A stretch of DNA of 64,000 nt from Eledone cirrhosa. Lineage: Eukaryota. Positions 1 to 14,279 of this stretch are shown here, one piece after another (positions within the stretch are counted from its first letter, which is position 1; every line of letters starts with the position of its first letter). A program made the position numbers and the translations under genes. The stretch lies in the NCBI GenBank assembly GCA_964016885.1, contig OZ024761.1:27652001-27716000 (forward strand), in the 5' to 3' direction. Below the pieces are notes generated by a model. It saw only the letters and a list, made by a program, of their open reading frames with translations. It was not told the DNA's origin and made no database searches.

Positions 1-1319
1 AGTTTCTGTGGTCTTACAGAATAGTCGCCGTCATCCAGATAACCCAAATACAGGACACATCATCAGCGTTGTACCCTGGACTCCAGGGGAATAGTCACCG
101 TCATCTGAGTGACCCAACTACAACTAGGACACATCATCTGTGTTGTATTCTTTAGTCACTAGGTGTTTGTGAAGTCTTACAACATAGTCTCCCTCATCCA
201 TCTATAGCCATCTAAATTCCCTCTTTACTGCTTCTGCGATGTTATATCATGGTTGTTCTTCTGCTTGCACTCGTAATATACAGAGTTACATACCCTTTGA
301 CGCCAGACTCCAATACAATGCGTCTTGTCCTCCACTAACTCCATTTAACTACCATAGGAATTGCCCTCCACCAATTCTAGCGTCAGTCCTCCACTAAATC
401 TATTTAACTACCCAGACACAATGTAGCAAGGATATAACCAAAGAGGGGCTGAGAATGTAATTGAAGGGGAAAATACCCCCCGACCCCTCAAAATTACGAA
501 TGTATGCCAAGAGAAGGGACTAGGAATATAGGAAAACCTGAAGGGCTATAAACACATCTAAAACAATGGAGGGCGAACAATATTTCCAAAGATGTAGACC
601 GAAGAACTACACAAAGGACCAATAAATAATTTACTGAATATTAAACCTTATCAGGATTCGAACTCAAAATTATGTTTTACATTGAATAACAAATAATTAC
701 ATCAACACTGAATATGAATACAACAACAACAACAACAACAAAGGCAATACAAAAAAGAGAAAGAAATATATTTAAAGAAAACAAAACAACTAAAAAAGGA
801 AATGTAATGTTGTGTTGGGAGACAGGAAAAAAGTGGAAAGAAAAATGACATGACAAATGATTGATGAAAAATATATAGTGTGCGTACATAAAATGTGTGT
901 ATAAAAAGGGGTTTTATATATATATATAACCCCTTTATATACTGATAATTTTATATACGCATATGCATATACATATTTATGTGTATTTGTGGTGATATAT
1001 GTATATATATATTATGTACATATATATATGTATATCTCTCTCTCTATATATATATGTATATATATATATATATGTATATATACATACATATATATATGCA
1101 TAAACATGTACATATATATATTATGTACATATATATATATGTATATATATATATATACATATATATATGTATATATGTATATATGTGTATATATATATGT
1201 ATATATGTAAATGTGTATATATATATGTGTATATATTTATGTGTATGTGTATATATTTATGTGTATGTGTATATATATCTATATGTTTATATATATGTGT
1301 ATCTATATATGTGTATATA

Positions 1320-1366
<47 letters not shown>

Positions 1367-1574
1367 GTATATATATATGTATATATATATATACACACAC
1401 ACATGCGGTAAGGCATCTCCATAAAAAATAATATATATATTATGGTATTAATATATTAATAAACCTTCATTGTTACTTTCAAGGCATATGTGAGAGATTC
1501 TCTCCCCTAAAACAATGCGCCATCTGCTTTCCGTTTGCATGCACGCACACACAGTCACAGCCACACACATCTAT

Positions 1575-1674
<100 letters not shown>

Positions 1675-1741
1675 GAATATATTTAATAAATGACTCCTCC
1701 ATACACACACATTTATATCCATATATATTTATATATATATA

Positions 1742-1789
<48 letters not shown>

Positions 1790-2155
1790 AATATTTATAT
1801 TATAGTATATCTTATATATTTATATTATATTATATATTATATGTATTTTATATATTATATATATATATTATATATGTTATATATATTATGTATATATACT
1901 GTATATATATATTATATATGTTATATATATTATATATGCATATATACTAGATATATATTATATATGTATATATATATTATATATGTTATATATATTATAT
2001 ATGCATATATACTAGATATATATTATATATGTATATATATATTATATATGTATATATACTATATATCTATATATTATAGATATATATTATACAAATATTA
2101 TATATATATTATATAAATATTATATATATATATATATACTCTCTCTCTCTCTCTC

Positions 2156-2218
<63 letters not shown>

Positions 2219-2264
2219 TATATATATAATATATATATATATAATATATATATATAATATATAT

Positions 2265-2296
<32 letters not shown>

Positions 2297-2298
2297 AT

Positions 2299-2330
<32 letters not shown>

Positions 2331-2355
2331 ATATATATATATATATATAATATAT

Positions 2356-2408
<53 letters not shown>

Positions 2409-2513
2409 TATATATATTATATATAATACATATATATATATAATATATATATATATATTATATATAATATATATATATATATAATATATATATATATATT
2501 ATATATAATATAT

Positions 2514-2548
<35 letters not shown>

Positions 2549-2657
2549 TTATAATATATATATATATATAATATATATATATATATATTATATATATTAT
2601 AATATATATATATATTATATATATTACATATTATAATATATATTATATATATTATAT

Positions 2658-2697
<40 letters not shown>

Positions 2698-2965
2698 CCA
2701 TTCTATATGGTGTCTGTCGTATATTAACCGATTTTCAGCAGGTTATTATGGATTATTAATCTACTTATTACCCATCAAATATGTTTTGTGATTCTCACAT
2801 TTTCCCTGGGCAAATGGCTGCCTATAAATAAATACATCACGTGTTAGTTACAAGCTTATAATTAGATTCATTAGTATTTGTCTTACTGTGTTGCCACCAC
2901 CACCACCATCACCATCACCACCACCACCACCACCACAATTATTATTATTATTATTATTATTATTG

Positions 2966-5109
2966 TTCTTTGAGTCTCAGTCATTGATGTTAGTTAACTG
3001 GAAAGTTTGTTGAAATGAATATCAAGCCACTACCTGCAGCCTCAGATATTCAGGACGTATCGGAGGGTTCTTGCTGTTCCCAGCAAGCGTGGCGGGGCCA
3101 ATTTTCTTTAACCATCCCTGGAAACTTTTTGAGATAGTACCTAGTGCGCCTATGACAATCGGGACCACTTTGACTTCATGGCAGTTCCTAATCCTTTTTA
3201 CCTCCCACTTTAAGTCCTGCTTTCGGCTAATTTTCTCCCTCTCCTTCTCTTGCACTCTCGTGTCGAATGGGCAGGCCACATCCACAATCAGGCACGATCT
3301 TTTTTCTTTGTCCACAACCACCAGGTCAGGTCTATTGTGTTCCAGTTTTTTGTCCGTCTGTATCCTAAAATCCCACAGCACCTTCACCTGATTGTTCTCC
3401 ATCACCGCCTCTGGCCTATGCTCATACCACTTCTCAGAATGTGGTAAATTGTTTACTTTGCATAGGTGCCAGTGGACCACCCTGCCCATCACATCATGTC
3501 TCCAGCCCTTATAGTGAGTCTGGGCTAGGTGTTTTCACTCGGATACAATGTAAGCCACAGTCTCCTCTCTCTCTCTCCACAGATCCTGCACAGTGGGCTA
3601 GCCTCCTCCTTGTAAATATGGTGTTTCAACCACTTCGTTTTGAGGGCCTGCTTCTGTAGCCTTTTTAAGGTCTTCTCTTTTCAACCAGTTCCATGTCTGT
3701 GGATCTCTGAATTCAGTTTTCTCAAAGAAGCTACTATGAAGGGATTTTTCATGAAGGCTGCTCTTTCTCCTTGTTGTTATTTCCTCCTTGGACATCCCCT
3801 GGTCTATTGTCCTCTCCTTCAGTACAGTTCTGAGCATTGGCTCCTTGCTATCAGTCACGTATTTGTGTAGGTTGTTTTTCTCCATCTGAACACAGTCCTC
3901 CAAGCTGATAAGACCTCTTCCACCCTCAGATCTCCTTAAGTAGAGTCTATCGACATCACTCCTCTTGTGGAACATGTTGTAGATAGTCAATAGCTTCCTA
4001 GTCTTCCTATCCATTTGTTTTTGTTCAGCAACATTCCATCTCAGAATTCCCGCACTGTAGCTAATAATAGACACAGCTCGGGAATTTACTGCACTTATGG
4101 CATTCCTACTGTTCAGATGTGACTTTAATACGCTCCTTACTCTCCGAATGTATTCAGATCTTATCAATTCCTTCATTTTTTTGTTCTTGATGTCATCAGC
4201 CTCCAAAACACCCAAATACTTGTATCCTTCTTCAGTGTCAATTTCCTTTATCATCTCACCTGTTGGTACCTGGATTCCGTTGCTTCTGCTCAATTTACCC
4301 CTCTTCATCACAAGGACTCCACACTTACTAATACCAAATTACATACATATATCATTGCTGAAAATACGGACAGTGTCAACAACCACATCCAACTCCTTCT
4401 CACTCTTCCCGAAGAGCCTAAGATCGTTCATGAAGAGGAGGTGATTGATGGTAAGCTCTCCCTTTCCCAACTTGTATCCTGCACTCACTTTTCGCAGTAT
4501 AATGGTCAGGGGCATCAGGGCAAGGACAAACAACAGAGGGGACAGACTATCTCCCTGGAAGATACCTCTCTTGATCTTCACGCCTCCCAAGGATTCTCCA
4601 GCTGATGTTAACTCTGTTTTCTAGGACTTCATACTTTTGCCCAACAACTGTCTGATGTTATCTGCCACCTTGAAGATCTCTAGGCTTTTGGTGATCCAAG
4701 AATGAGGCACCATGTCAAATGCCTTTTAGTAATCTATCCATCCCATGGCAAGACCAGTGTGTCTCCTCTTGCAATTCCTCATTACCATCTTATCAATAAG
4801 TAACTGGTCCTTTGTACCAGAAGGACTTCTTTCGGCATCCTTTCTGCTCGTCGTGTGGAGGTGGTGGTAGATTTCCTCAGACATAATGTTTGTCAACAGT
4901 TTCCACATTACGGACAGACATGTGATAGGTCTATAGTTGGTAACATCATTACCCTTGATTCGGTCTATCATTACCAGAACTGTGGTACCTTTTGTCAACT
5001 ATTCTGGTACCTCACCTGACATCAAGCAGTCATTGAACATGGTTGTCAGTTTCTGGTGGAGGGATGTTATATTTTTAATCCAATACCCCTGCACACCATC
5101 TGGGCCTGG

Positions 5110-5110
<1 letters not shown>
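2966..5110 (-). mobile_element. 5'-truncated, frameshifted non-LTR retrotransposon of the R4/Dong clade (RT + C-terminal restriction-like endonuclease)
   Basis: Minus-strand ORF pieces: PGPDG, NYRPITCL, GIFQGDSLSPLLF, INHLLFMNDL (YxDD-equivalent, decayed), YKYLGV, RSEGGRGL, VHWHLC, RPDLVVVDK..IVDVACP (PD..D RLE), VVPIVIGALG. Flanked on both sides by (ATT)n. Confidence 0.9.
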
Positions 5111-5162
<52 letters not shown>

Positions 5163-5165
<3 letters not shown>

Positions 5166-5350
5166 TTTGAGTCTCAGTCATTGATGTTATTTAACTGGAA
5201 AGTTTGTTGAAATGAATATCAAACCGTTACTTGCAGCCTCAGATATTCAGGACGTATCGGAGGATTCTTGCTGTTCCCAGCAAGCATACCTTTTGAAGTG
5301 TTCCAAAAAGCGGGGCTGGACTAATCTTCTTTAATCATCCTTGGAAACCC
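5163..5350 (-). mobile_element. Second, very short 3' fragment of the same Dong/R4-like element
   Basis: Near-identical to 2966-3130 and encodes the C-terminus LQKVCLLGTARILRYVLNI*. Bounded by (ATT)n at 5112-5162 and 5351-5405. Confidence 0.88.
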
Positions 5351-5405
<55 letters not shown>

Positions 5406-5411
5406 TTAATT

Positions 5412-5785
5412 ATTTTACTTGAAGAGGAAAATCAGGGTGGAGAGGTAAGTGCTGACTTCCAGCCAGTTTGTTGAATGGTGGGTGAGAGAGGCAAGAATGG
5501 CCCGTGTGAATGGGTCTACCCTGAGCGTGGGCCTTTAGCATTGTAGGAGGAAAACTGGGAGAGGAGAGGGCATTTGCCCTAGCGGTCAGAGTAACCATGG
5601 CTTTTCTTGTGGGCTTTCTCCACGAGCAACCCTCGGAGGTCTCCCCTATTGGGAAATTTTTCATTGTTTCCTTTTTTGTCAAATACTCTGGTTTTTTTTT
5701 ACACGCAAAAATGTCCATTTGTATTGTCCTGTGTTGTCTTTAATGTTATACTTTGTGTCAACCCTTGTGGCCAATAAATGAAACC
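5412..5785 (+). mobile_element. 3' tail of a LINE (probably L1/Tx1-like ORF2 end + 3' UTR)
   Basis: Decayed frame KRKIRVER*VLTSSQFVEWWVREARMARVNGSTLSVGL* aligns by eye with 52230-52350. Ends in cccttgtggccaataaa before an (ATT)n tail. The clade assignment is inferred. Confidence 0.5.
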
Positions 5786-5952
5786 ATTATTATTTTTATT
5801 ATTATTATTATTATTATTATTGTTTGTATTATTGTTATTGTTGTTGTTATTGTTATTTATATTTTTACACGTTATATATGTAAAACCCCACTCTCTCTGT
5901 CTAGTGCATCGTCTTCTATATGTCGGCCATTATGGCCAATAAATGAAGCCAT

Positions 5953-6140
5953 TGGTGGATTGGCAGTATCGGTAGAGGGTCGGACGCCATGCTTTCCAGC
6001 ATAGTTACGTCCCTTTACGATCTGAGTTCAAATCCCGCCGAGGTTGACTTTGCCTTTCATCCTTACGGGGTCGATAAAATAAAGTACCAGTAATGCACTG
6101 GATAATTGCTGGCCTTGTGCCTAAAGTAGAAACAATTATT
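5953..6140 (+). mobile_element. tRNA-derived SINE, full length (Meta/MESC-like central domain)
   Basis: A-box-like TGGCAGTATCGG, B-box GTTCAAATCC, central GCCTTTCATCCTTACGGGGTCGATAAAATAAAGTACCAG, 3' ggccttgtgcctaaagtagaaac + (ATT)n. About 20 copies occur in the window. Confidence 0.9.
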
Positions 6141-6146
6141 ATTTTA

Positions 6147-6184
<38 letters not shown>

Positions 6185-6639
6185 TATATTTTTAAGCAGC
6201 ACCCGTTAAGAAGCCTATTTCGGATGGGCTCCTTTCATCTATTGTTTTCTGTTTTCCCTTTTTGGGGGGTTTGCTTTTGGTTGAATTAGGCGCCAAAGAG
6301 CACCATCACCCTTTCCTCTAACAGTCTTTATCCTGATAATTGTGATAATATTTTTTGTCCACACCAGCGCCACCACCTAGCAACGTTTCCATGGTAATCT
6401 TTCTCCTCATCCTCTACCTCTTGATAATATTCATCCTCATCCGCCGGTTCCTCATCCTCAACCCCCACCATATTTCTCATCCTCACTCCTCCTCCTCTTT
6501 CTTATCGTCATCACCATTATCGGTATCCTCCTCCTCCTCATCATCATCACTATGAATACCACCATCATAATCATCATAAGCACACGTACCAACATCACCA
6601 TCACCACCATTATCATCATCAAGAGCATGGGGGGGGGGA

Positions 6640-7290
6640 TCACGTGACATGCCGTCCTAGTTTACTATTGGCTGTCTATCTCGAAAGACAAGGAGGTAGT
6701 ACACACACCTGTGGAGAAGTCATCCTTGCTTGACTCACGAGACAAGCCATCCTAGTTTACGATTGGCTACCAATCCCGAAAGGCAATGAAGTTGCAAACA
6801 CCGTACGCCAACATAACCAGCCCTGCCTTGTCGAAATCACGTGATACACCTTCCTAGTTTATGATTGACTGCCTATCACGGAAGAAAATTACGTCACCAA
6901 GACATCTTCGTGAATATTTACAATATTTATCATCGCCGAAACTGACGGAAGATTCATACGTTTACTGTATACCTACACTGACATAACCAACCCATACTTG
7001 TCCTAACCACGTGACAATAGGTCCTAGTTTACGATTGGCTGTCTCTTACGAAAGACAATGACGTCGCCAACACCAAGACATCTTCACGAATATTTACATT
7101 ATTTACTCATCGTCGAAACTGACGGAAGAATCATACTTTTACTTTATACCTCCGCTGACATAACCAACCCATATTTGTCATAACCATGTGACAATCGGTC
7201 TTAGCTTACGATTGGCTGTTCATCTCGAACATTTGTCCTAGTTTACGATTGGGTGTCTATCACGAAAGAAAATGACGTCGCCAACACATC
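6640..7290. repeat. Degenerate tandem repeat (about 95-180 bp periodicity)
   Basis: Six recurrences of cctagtttacgattgg(c/g)t, plus repeated tgacgtc, gaaactgacggaaga and gacataaccaaccc blocks. Confidence 0.75.
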
Positions 7291-7684
7291 CTTGTGGTAT
7301 AATTACTTTAAATATCAAAAAGAACCATTTATATTAATATTTGCGAATAGCTGTTGGCAGTTCATTTGATTTATATTTTTCCCCTCAATATTTCCTGTTC
7401 AACGTTGGAAACTTGAACAATTCATTGTCTTCAGAAATTGAATTGTAATTTTAAAGAAAGGGTAATTGTTTCTTGCTATAATTTTTCGTCTTCAGACTGA
7501 ATAATGAAACGTATTACACATTTGTAGTTATACCTTTTGACCGGGATATTATCTGTCTGCCTACCTCTCCCTTTCTCTTTCCCTTTGTCTATCCCTTTCT
7601 TCTCTGTCTCTGTCTTTCTCTCCCTATTCCTCTTCTCTCTTTCCAGCTCCCTTTCTGGGTCTCTCTCCCTCTCTCTCACTCTCC

Positions 7685-7760
<76 letters not shown>

Positions 7761-7792
7761 ACATACATACATACATACATATATATTATTAC

Positions 7793-7850
<58 letters not shown>

Positions 7851-7925
7851 ATATATATCATATATATATATATTATATATATCATATATATATATATTAT
7901 ATATATCATATATATATATTATTAC

Positions 7926-7958
<33 letters not shown>

Positions 7959-8552
7959 ATATATATCATATATATATATTATTGCTATATATATATATAT
8001 ATATATTATATATATCATATATATATATTATTGCTATATATATATATATATATTATATATATCATATATATATATTATTGCTATATATATATATATATAT
8101 ATTATATATATCATATATATATATTATTACTATATATATATATATGTGTGTGTGTTAGTGTCTCTGTTTCTTTCTTTCTGCGAGTGTCTCTGTTGGTTTG
8201 TTTAACTATCTATCTACCGGTCTGTCTCTCTCTCTCACTCACCCACCCACTCACTCACTCACTCACTCACTCACTCACTCACTCACTGACTCACTCACTC
8301 ACTCACTCACTCACTCACTCACTCACTCACTCACTCACTCTCTCTCTATTTCGCTGTGATAAAGATAACTTTCTTTTTAAAGATAGAATATATATAATTA
8401 TGTTGACAATCAACAACTAAGCCATCTGGTTATTAAATTAACCGATTGCTAAAATTTATAATAATCAATCGAAATGAAAACCAACTGGTGTGTGTGTTTT
8501 ATTGGCAGCATTACCTTTCCAACGTATAATTTTAGTTATTATTATATAAAAT

Positions 8553-8965
8553 CTCGCCGAGGTTGACTTTGCCTTTCATCCTTACGGGGTCGATAAAATA
8601 AAGTACCAGTAATGTACTGGATAATTGCTGGCCTTGTGCCTAAAGTAGAAACAATTATTATATAAAAACGGTGGTTTGGAAGTATTGGTAAAACGTCGAA
8701 CAACATATTTCACGGCATAGAATTACACGTCTTTACGTTCTAAGTTGCACCTAACGTTTTATTTCGCATTATTTTTAGTGGATTGGCAGTATCGGTAGAG
8801 GGTCGGACGCCATGCTTTCCAGCATAGTTACGTCCCTTTACGATCTGAGTTCAAATCCCGCCGAGGTTGACTTTGCCTTTCATCCTTACGGGGTCGATAA
8901 AATAAAGTACCAGTAATGCACTGGGTAATTTGCTGGCCTTGTGCCTAAAGTAGAAACAATTATTT
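8553..8965 (+). mobile_element. SINE cluster (5'-truncated copy 8553-8660, old head fragment, full copy 8776-8965)
   Basis: Same consensus as 5953-6140. Confidence 0.88.
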
Positions 8966-9047
8966 TTAATTAAATTTAATACTTAACCACGCTAAATATA
9001 TTTACCGTCCTTATTGACAGCGCGGGTACACTAGTTTATACATACAT

Positions 9048-9080
<33 letters not shown>

Positions 9081-9210
9081 CACACACACACATATATATA
9101 TTACTATTATTACTATATATATATATATATATACATCTACATACACACACACACACACATATATATATATTTAAACTAAACACCAAATAAAACTTTATTG
9201 AAACAAATTA

Positions 9211-9248
<38 letters not shown>

Positions 9249-9402
9249 GTATATATATATATTATGTTCTGAGATATTAAAACTCTTAGATAAAGCAAGC
9301 TGCAACCATAATAACATGAAACTTCGTTGATGCTTCACTAGTTGCCAAATAAGTTTTTGTAAATATACCCCTCTCCCCTACCTCTTTGATCTTAAATTCT
9401 GG

Positions 9403-9747
9403 TATAATATACACACATAATATACACACATAATATACATACATAATATACATACATAATATACATACATAATATACACACATAATATACATACATAATA
9501 TACACACATAATATACACACATAATATACACACATAATATACACACATAATATACACACATAATATACACACATAATATACACACATAATATACATACAT
9601 AATATACACACATAATATACATACATAATATACACACATAATATACATACATAATATACACACATAATATACACACATAATATACACACATAATATACAT
9701 ACATAATATACACACATAATATACACACATAATATACACACATAATA
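9403..9747. repeat. 13-bp minisatellite (ATAATATACACAC)n
   Basis: About 26 tandem units with a C/T variant, visible directly. Confidence 0.95.
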
Positions 9748-10261
9748 TTAATACGGTAAATTTGATCCATTGTGTAAGCAATAAACTTAATACGATATAT
9801 CTGTAACCGAGTTTCCTTCGTTGTTCTTAACGTTGTGGCGGGGGTGGTGGTGTTGGCGGTGTTGGCGGTGTTGGGTGTTTTGTCAGTTGTTTAACCGCAG
9901 TTCAACTCTGATCGAACTTACTAATGATCAAATTCTAAAGTTATCAATACACGACGATCCTCTATTTCATATTGCACCCACACTCCATCCCACACAACCT
10001 CCGGATTCGGTGCGATCTCGTCTCATACAATCTGACCCTCTCCGTCCACACAGACACACACACACACACACACACCGACACACGTACACCTACACCCATG
10101 CAGGGACAGTGAACACGTAGACATGCACTCCACCACACACAATGGTTTTTCAAAACACACAGTCACATACACTCGCTTTCTCCCAGACTCTCACACTTGC
10201 ATCTGTACACACACACACACAGACACCGCGCCTTCCGCCATCGCCGTTCGGACTCCATTTT

Positions 10262-10338
<77 letters not shown>

Positions 10339-10789
10339 CACACGAGTTTGTGCGTGTGTGGTTCGACAAAAGAAAATCGATAAAATTTACACCAGACATA
10401 AAAACTTAAAAAAAAACTAAATACCAAGGTCGATTTGATTAACTAAATGATAACAATGCCCCATCATGGCCGCATTCAAATGACTGTAACAAGTACAAGA
10501 ATAAAATAAATAGATTTACGTATATTTGGTAAATGAGACTTCGCTGATGCATTGATAAGTATCGAACCAACAGCCAATGTGTTGATTGATCTGGATCGAC
10601 CGATCTCTTTAGTAGCGCTGGCAACAAAAGCAGTGATTTGCAGTGTAGACATAGAAAGAGATAATTGAATTTCTAAAGAAATAGTAGGTAATGAGGGAAA
10701 ATTAAACACACCGCCCCGGCATACATGCCCCGCTATATTGGTACTAATTAAACACGAAAATCACATCACAAGTATACGCACACAGACAC

Positions 10790-10848
10790 ATATATATATA
10801 TATGTGTATATATATATATACGTATGTATGAATATATTTGTTTATGTA

Positions 10849-10879
<31 letters not shown>

Positions 10880-10907
10880 ATATGTATATATATATATACT
10901 CATATGA

Positions 10908-10947
<40 letters not shown>

Positions 10948-11210
10948 GTGCATGTATATATATTTATATATATATAATATATATATATACATATATATAC
11001 ACATATACAGAGAGGAACTAGATTAAACAAAGAGAGGAAACAACACACTTTTTACACCGAAATGTTGCTATCAGATTTTACGTACACACACACAAACGCA
11101 TACACAAAACAGGATGTTTGTACACACACACACACACACACATATATATATGTATAAATCTATGTTTATCTTAAATACGTGTGTACAGGTGAGACAATGC
11201 AAATATGTAA

Positions 11211-11242
<32 letters not shown>

Positions 11243-11418
11243 TTATATATAATATATATATATATTATACATATATATATATATATAATATATATATTAT
11301 ACATATATATATATATATATATATAATATATATGTATATTATACATATATATCTATCATATATATATATATTATATATATATATTATACATATATATATA
11401 TTATACATATATATATAT

Positions 11419-11483
<65 letters not shown>

Positions 11484-11507
11484 CATATATATATATATAT
11501 ATATATT

Positions 11508-11539
<32 letters not shown>

Positions 11540-11567
11540 CATATATATATATATATATATATATATT

Positions 11568-11599
<32 letters not shown>

Positions 11600-11638
11600 C
11601 ATATATATATCATAGATATATATATATATATATATATT

Positions 11639-11696
<58 letters not shown>

Positions 11697-11773
11697 CATA
11701 TATATATCATATATATATATTATACATATATATATCATATATATATATATATATTATACATATATATATATAT

Positions 11774-11816
<43 letters not shown>

Positions 11817-11838
11817 CATATATATATATATATATATT

Positions 11839-11876
<38 letters not shown>

Positions 11877-12317
11877 CATATATATATATATATCACATAT
11901 ATATAGTATATATATATTATACATATATATATATATATCACATATATATATATATATTATACATATATATATATATATCACATATATATATATATTATAT
12001 ATATATTATACATATATATATATATCACACACACATATATATATATATATTATATATATATTATACATATATATATATATATCACATATATATATATATT
12101 ATATATATATTATACATATATATATATATCACACACACATATATATATCACATATATATATATATATTATATATATATTATACATATATATATATATCAC
12201 ACACACATATATATATATCACATATATATATATATATTCTACATATATATATATCACATATACATATATATATTATACATATATATCACAAATATATATA
12301 TATTATACATATATATC

Positions 12318-12412
<95 letters not shown>

Positions 12413-12645
12413 TGTATGTTTGTGAATGTGTATAGTAGTGTGGTGTCTAGAGCACTAAGCGTATCTCTTCAACGCTCTCTTGTGTTGTAAGTTTCATTAA
12501 TTTCTAGGTTTGAATTTAAATTCAATTTTAAGCTATTGGATTGATGGTAAATCGAATTTTCTGATATCAAGTTATTTATTCCTGCCGAGTATCATCTACA
12601 TTTAGCCTACATTGTGTGCTATACATCAGTGTGAATACTAAATAG

Positions 12646-12700
<55 letters not shown>

Positions 12701-12837
12701 GTATATATATATATGTTTATGTATATATATATATATGTTTATGTATATATATGTTTATGTATATATATATATATATGTTTATATATATATATGTTTATGT
12801 ATATATATATATATGTTTATGTATATATATATATGTT

Positions 12838-12877
<40 letters not shown>

Positions 12878-12939
12878 TATGTATATATATATATGTTTAT
12901 GTATATATATATATATGTTTATGTATATATATATATGTT

Positions 12940-13002
<63 letters not shown>

Positions 13003-13371
13003 TTATGTGTATATATATATTTATGTGTATATATATATTTATGTATATATATATATATGTTTATGTATATATATATATATGTTTATGTATAAATATGTTT
13101 ATGTATATATATATATATATGTTTATGTATATATATATTAAGTGTAAATATGTGAATTGAATATAATTATAATGTATGTATGCCTGCTCTCACACATACA
13201 TACATATACACATACATACACCCATATTTGGTGTAGACTAAGTATTAATGTGTGTCTGCGCGCTCGCGCATATGAATCAGTACAATCGTATAGTCACAAT
13301 CATCCCAATATATATATCCTAATATATATATATATATGGAAAGTGATTCTAATTGGATATATTTACCTTTG

Positions 13372-13448
<77 letters not shown>

Positions 13449-13509
13449 ATTATATATATATATATTATATATATATATTATATATATATTATATATATAT
13501 TATATATAT

Positions 13510-13541
<32 letters not shown>

Positions 13542-13738
13542 ATACACATACATACATATATATATATATACATACATATATATATATATATATATACATA
13601 TACATACATATATATATATATATATACATACACATACATACATATATATATATATAAGACACTTTTCCTACATGCGTTAAGAAACTGTGTTATTTACTTT
13701 GTATATATATATTTAATCTTTCTCTTTCTCTCTCTTTC

Positions 13739-13784
<46 letters not shown>

Positions 13785-13802
13785 CATACATACATACATA
13801 TC

Positions 13803-13890
<88 letters not shown>
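10790..13890. repeat. Compound (TA)n microsatellite block
   Basis: Interrupted (TA)n tracts with short unique spacers. The YI-repeat ORFs here are artefacts. Confidence 0.95.
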
Positions 13891-13893
<3 letters not shown>

Positions 13894-13958
13894 CACATTA
13901 AAGTTTAAGGCTTATCGAGCCCTCTTTGGATTTTAGTCTTCAAATTTATTATTATTAC

Positions 13959-14010
<52 letters not shown>

Positions 14011-14279
14011 TCCCTACATGAAAGAACGAAGACGTGAATACCCTCAATACATCCACGCAATAATTTACCGTGTGTAAGGAGGCAGTTTAGTATCATAACC
14101 ATCATACATAGAATCTCACAAAAATTAAAGATATAAGATTTACTATGTAAACGTTATTAATAACAAAATACACCCAAATCCAAAATCCAACTCCTGGATC
14201 CGACACACGGCAATTACTGGTTTCTGGTTCAAGCACAGTTGTCTTATCGATTTCATTGACTTTCTTCTCTAACAAATTA

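Noticed and set aside
400-680. GIY-YIG remnant
   Set aside because: Only a vague resemblance across several stops and frameshifts.
5953-6040. tRNA genes
   Set aside because: The A/B boxes belong to SINE heads; there is no cloverleaf, and they continue into the SINE body.
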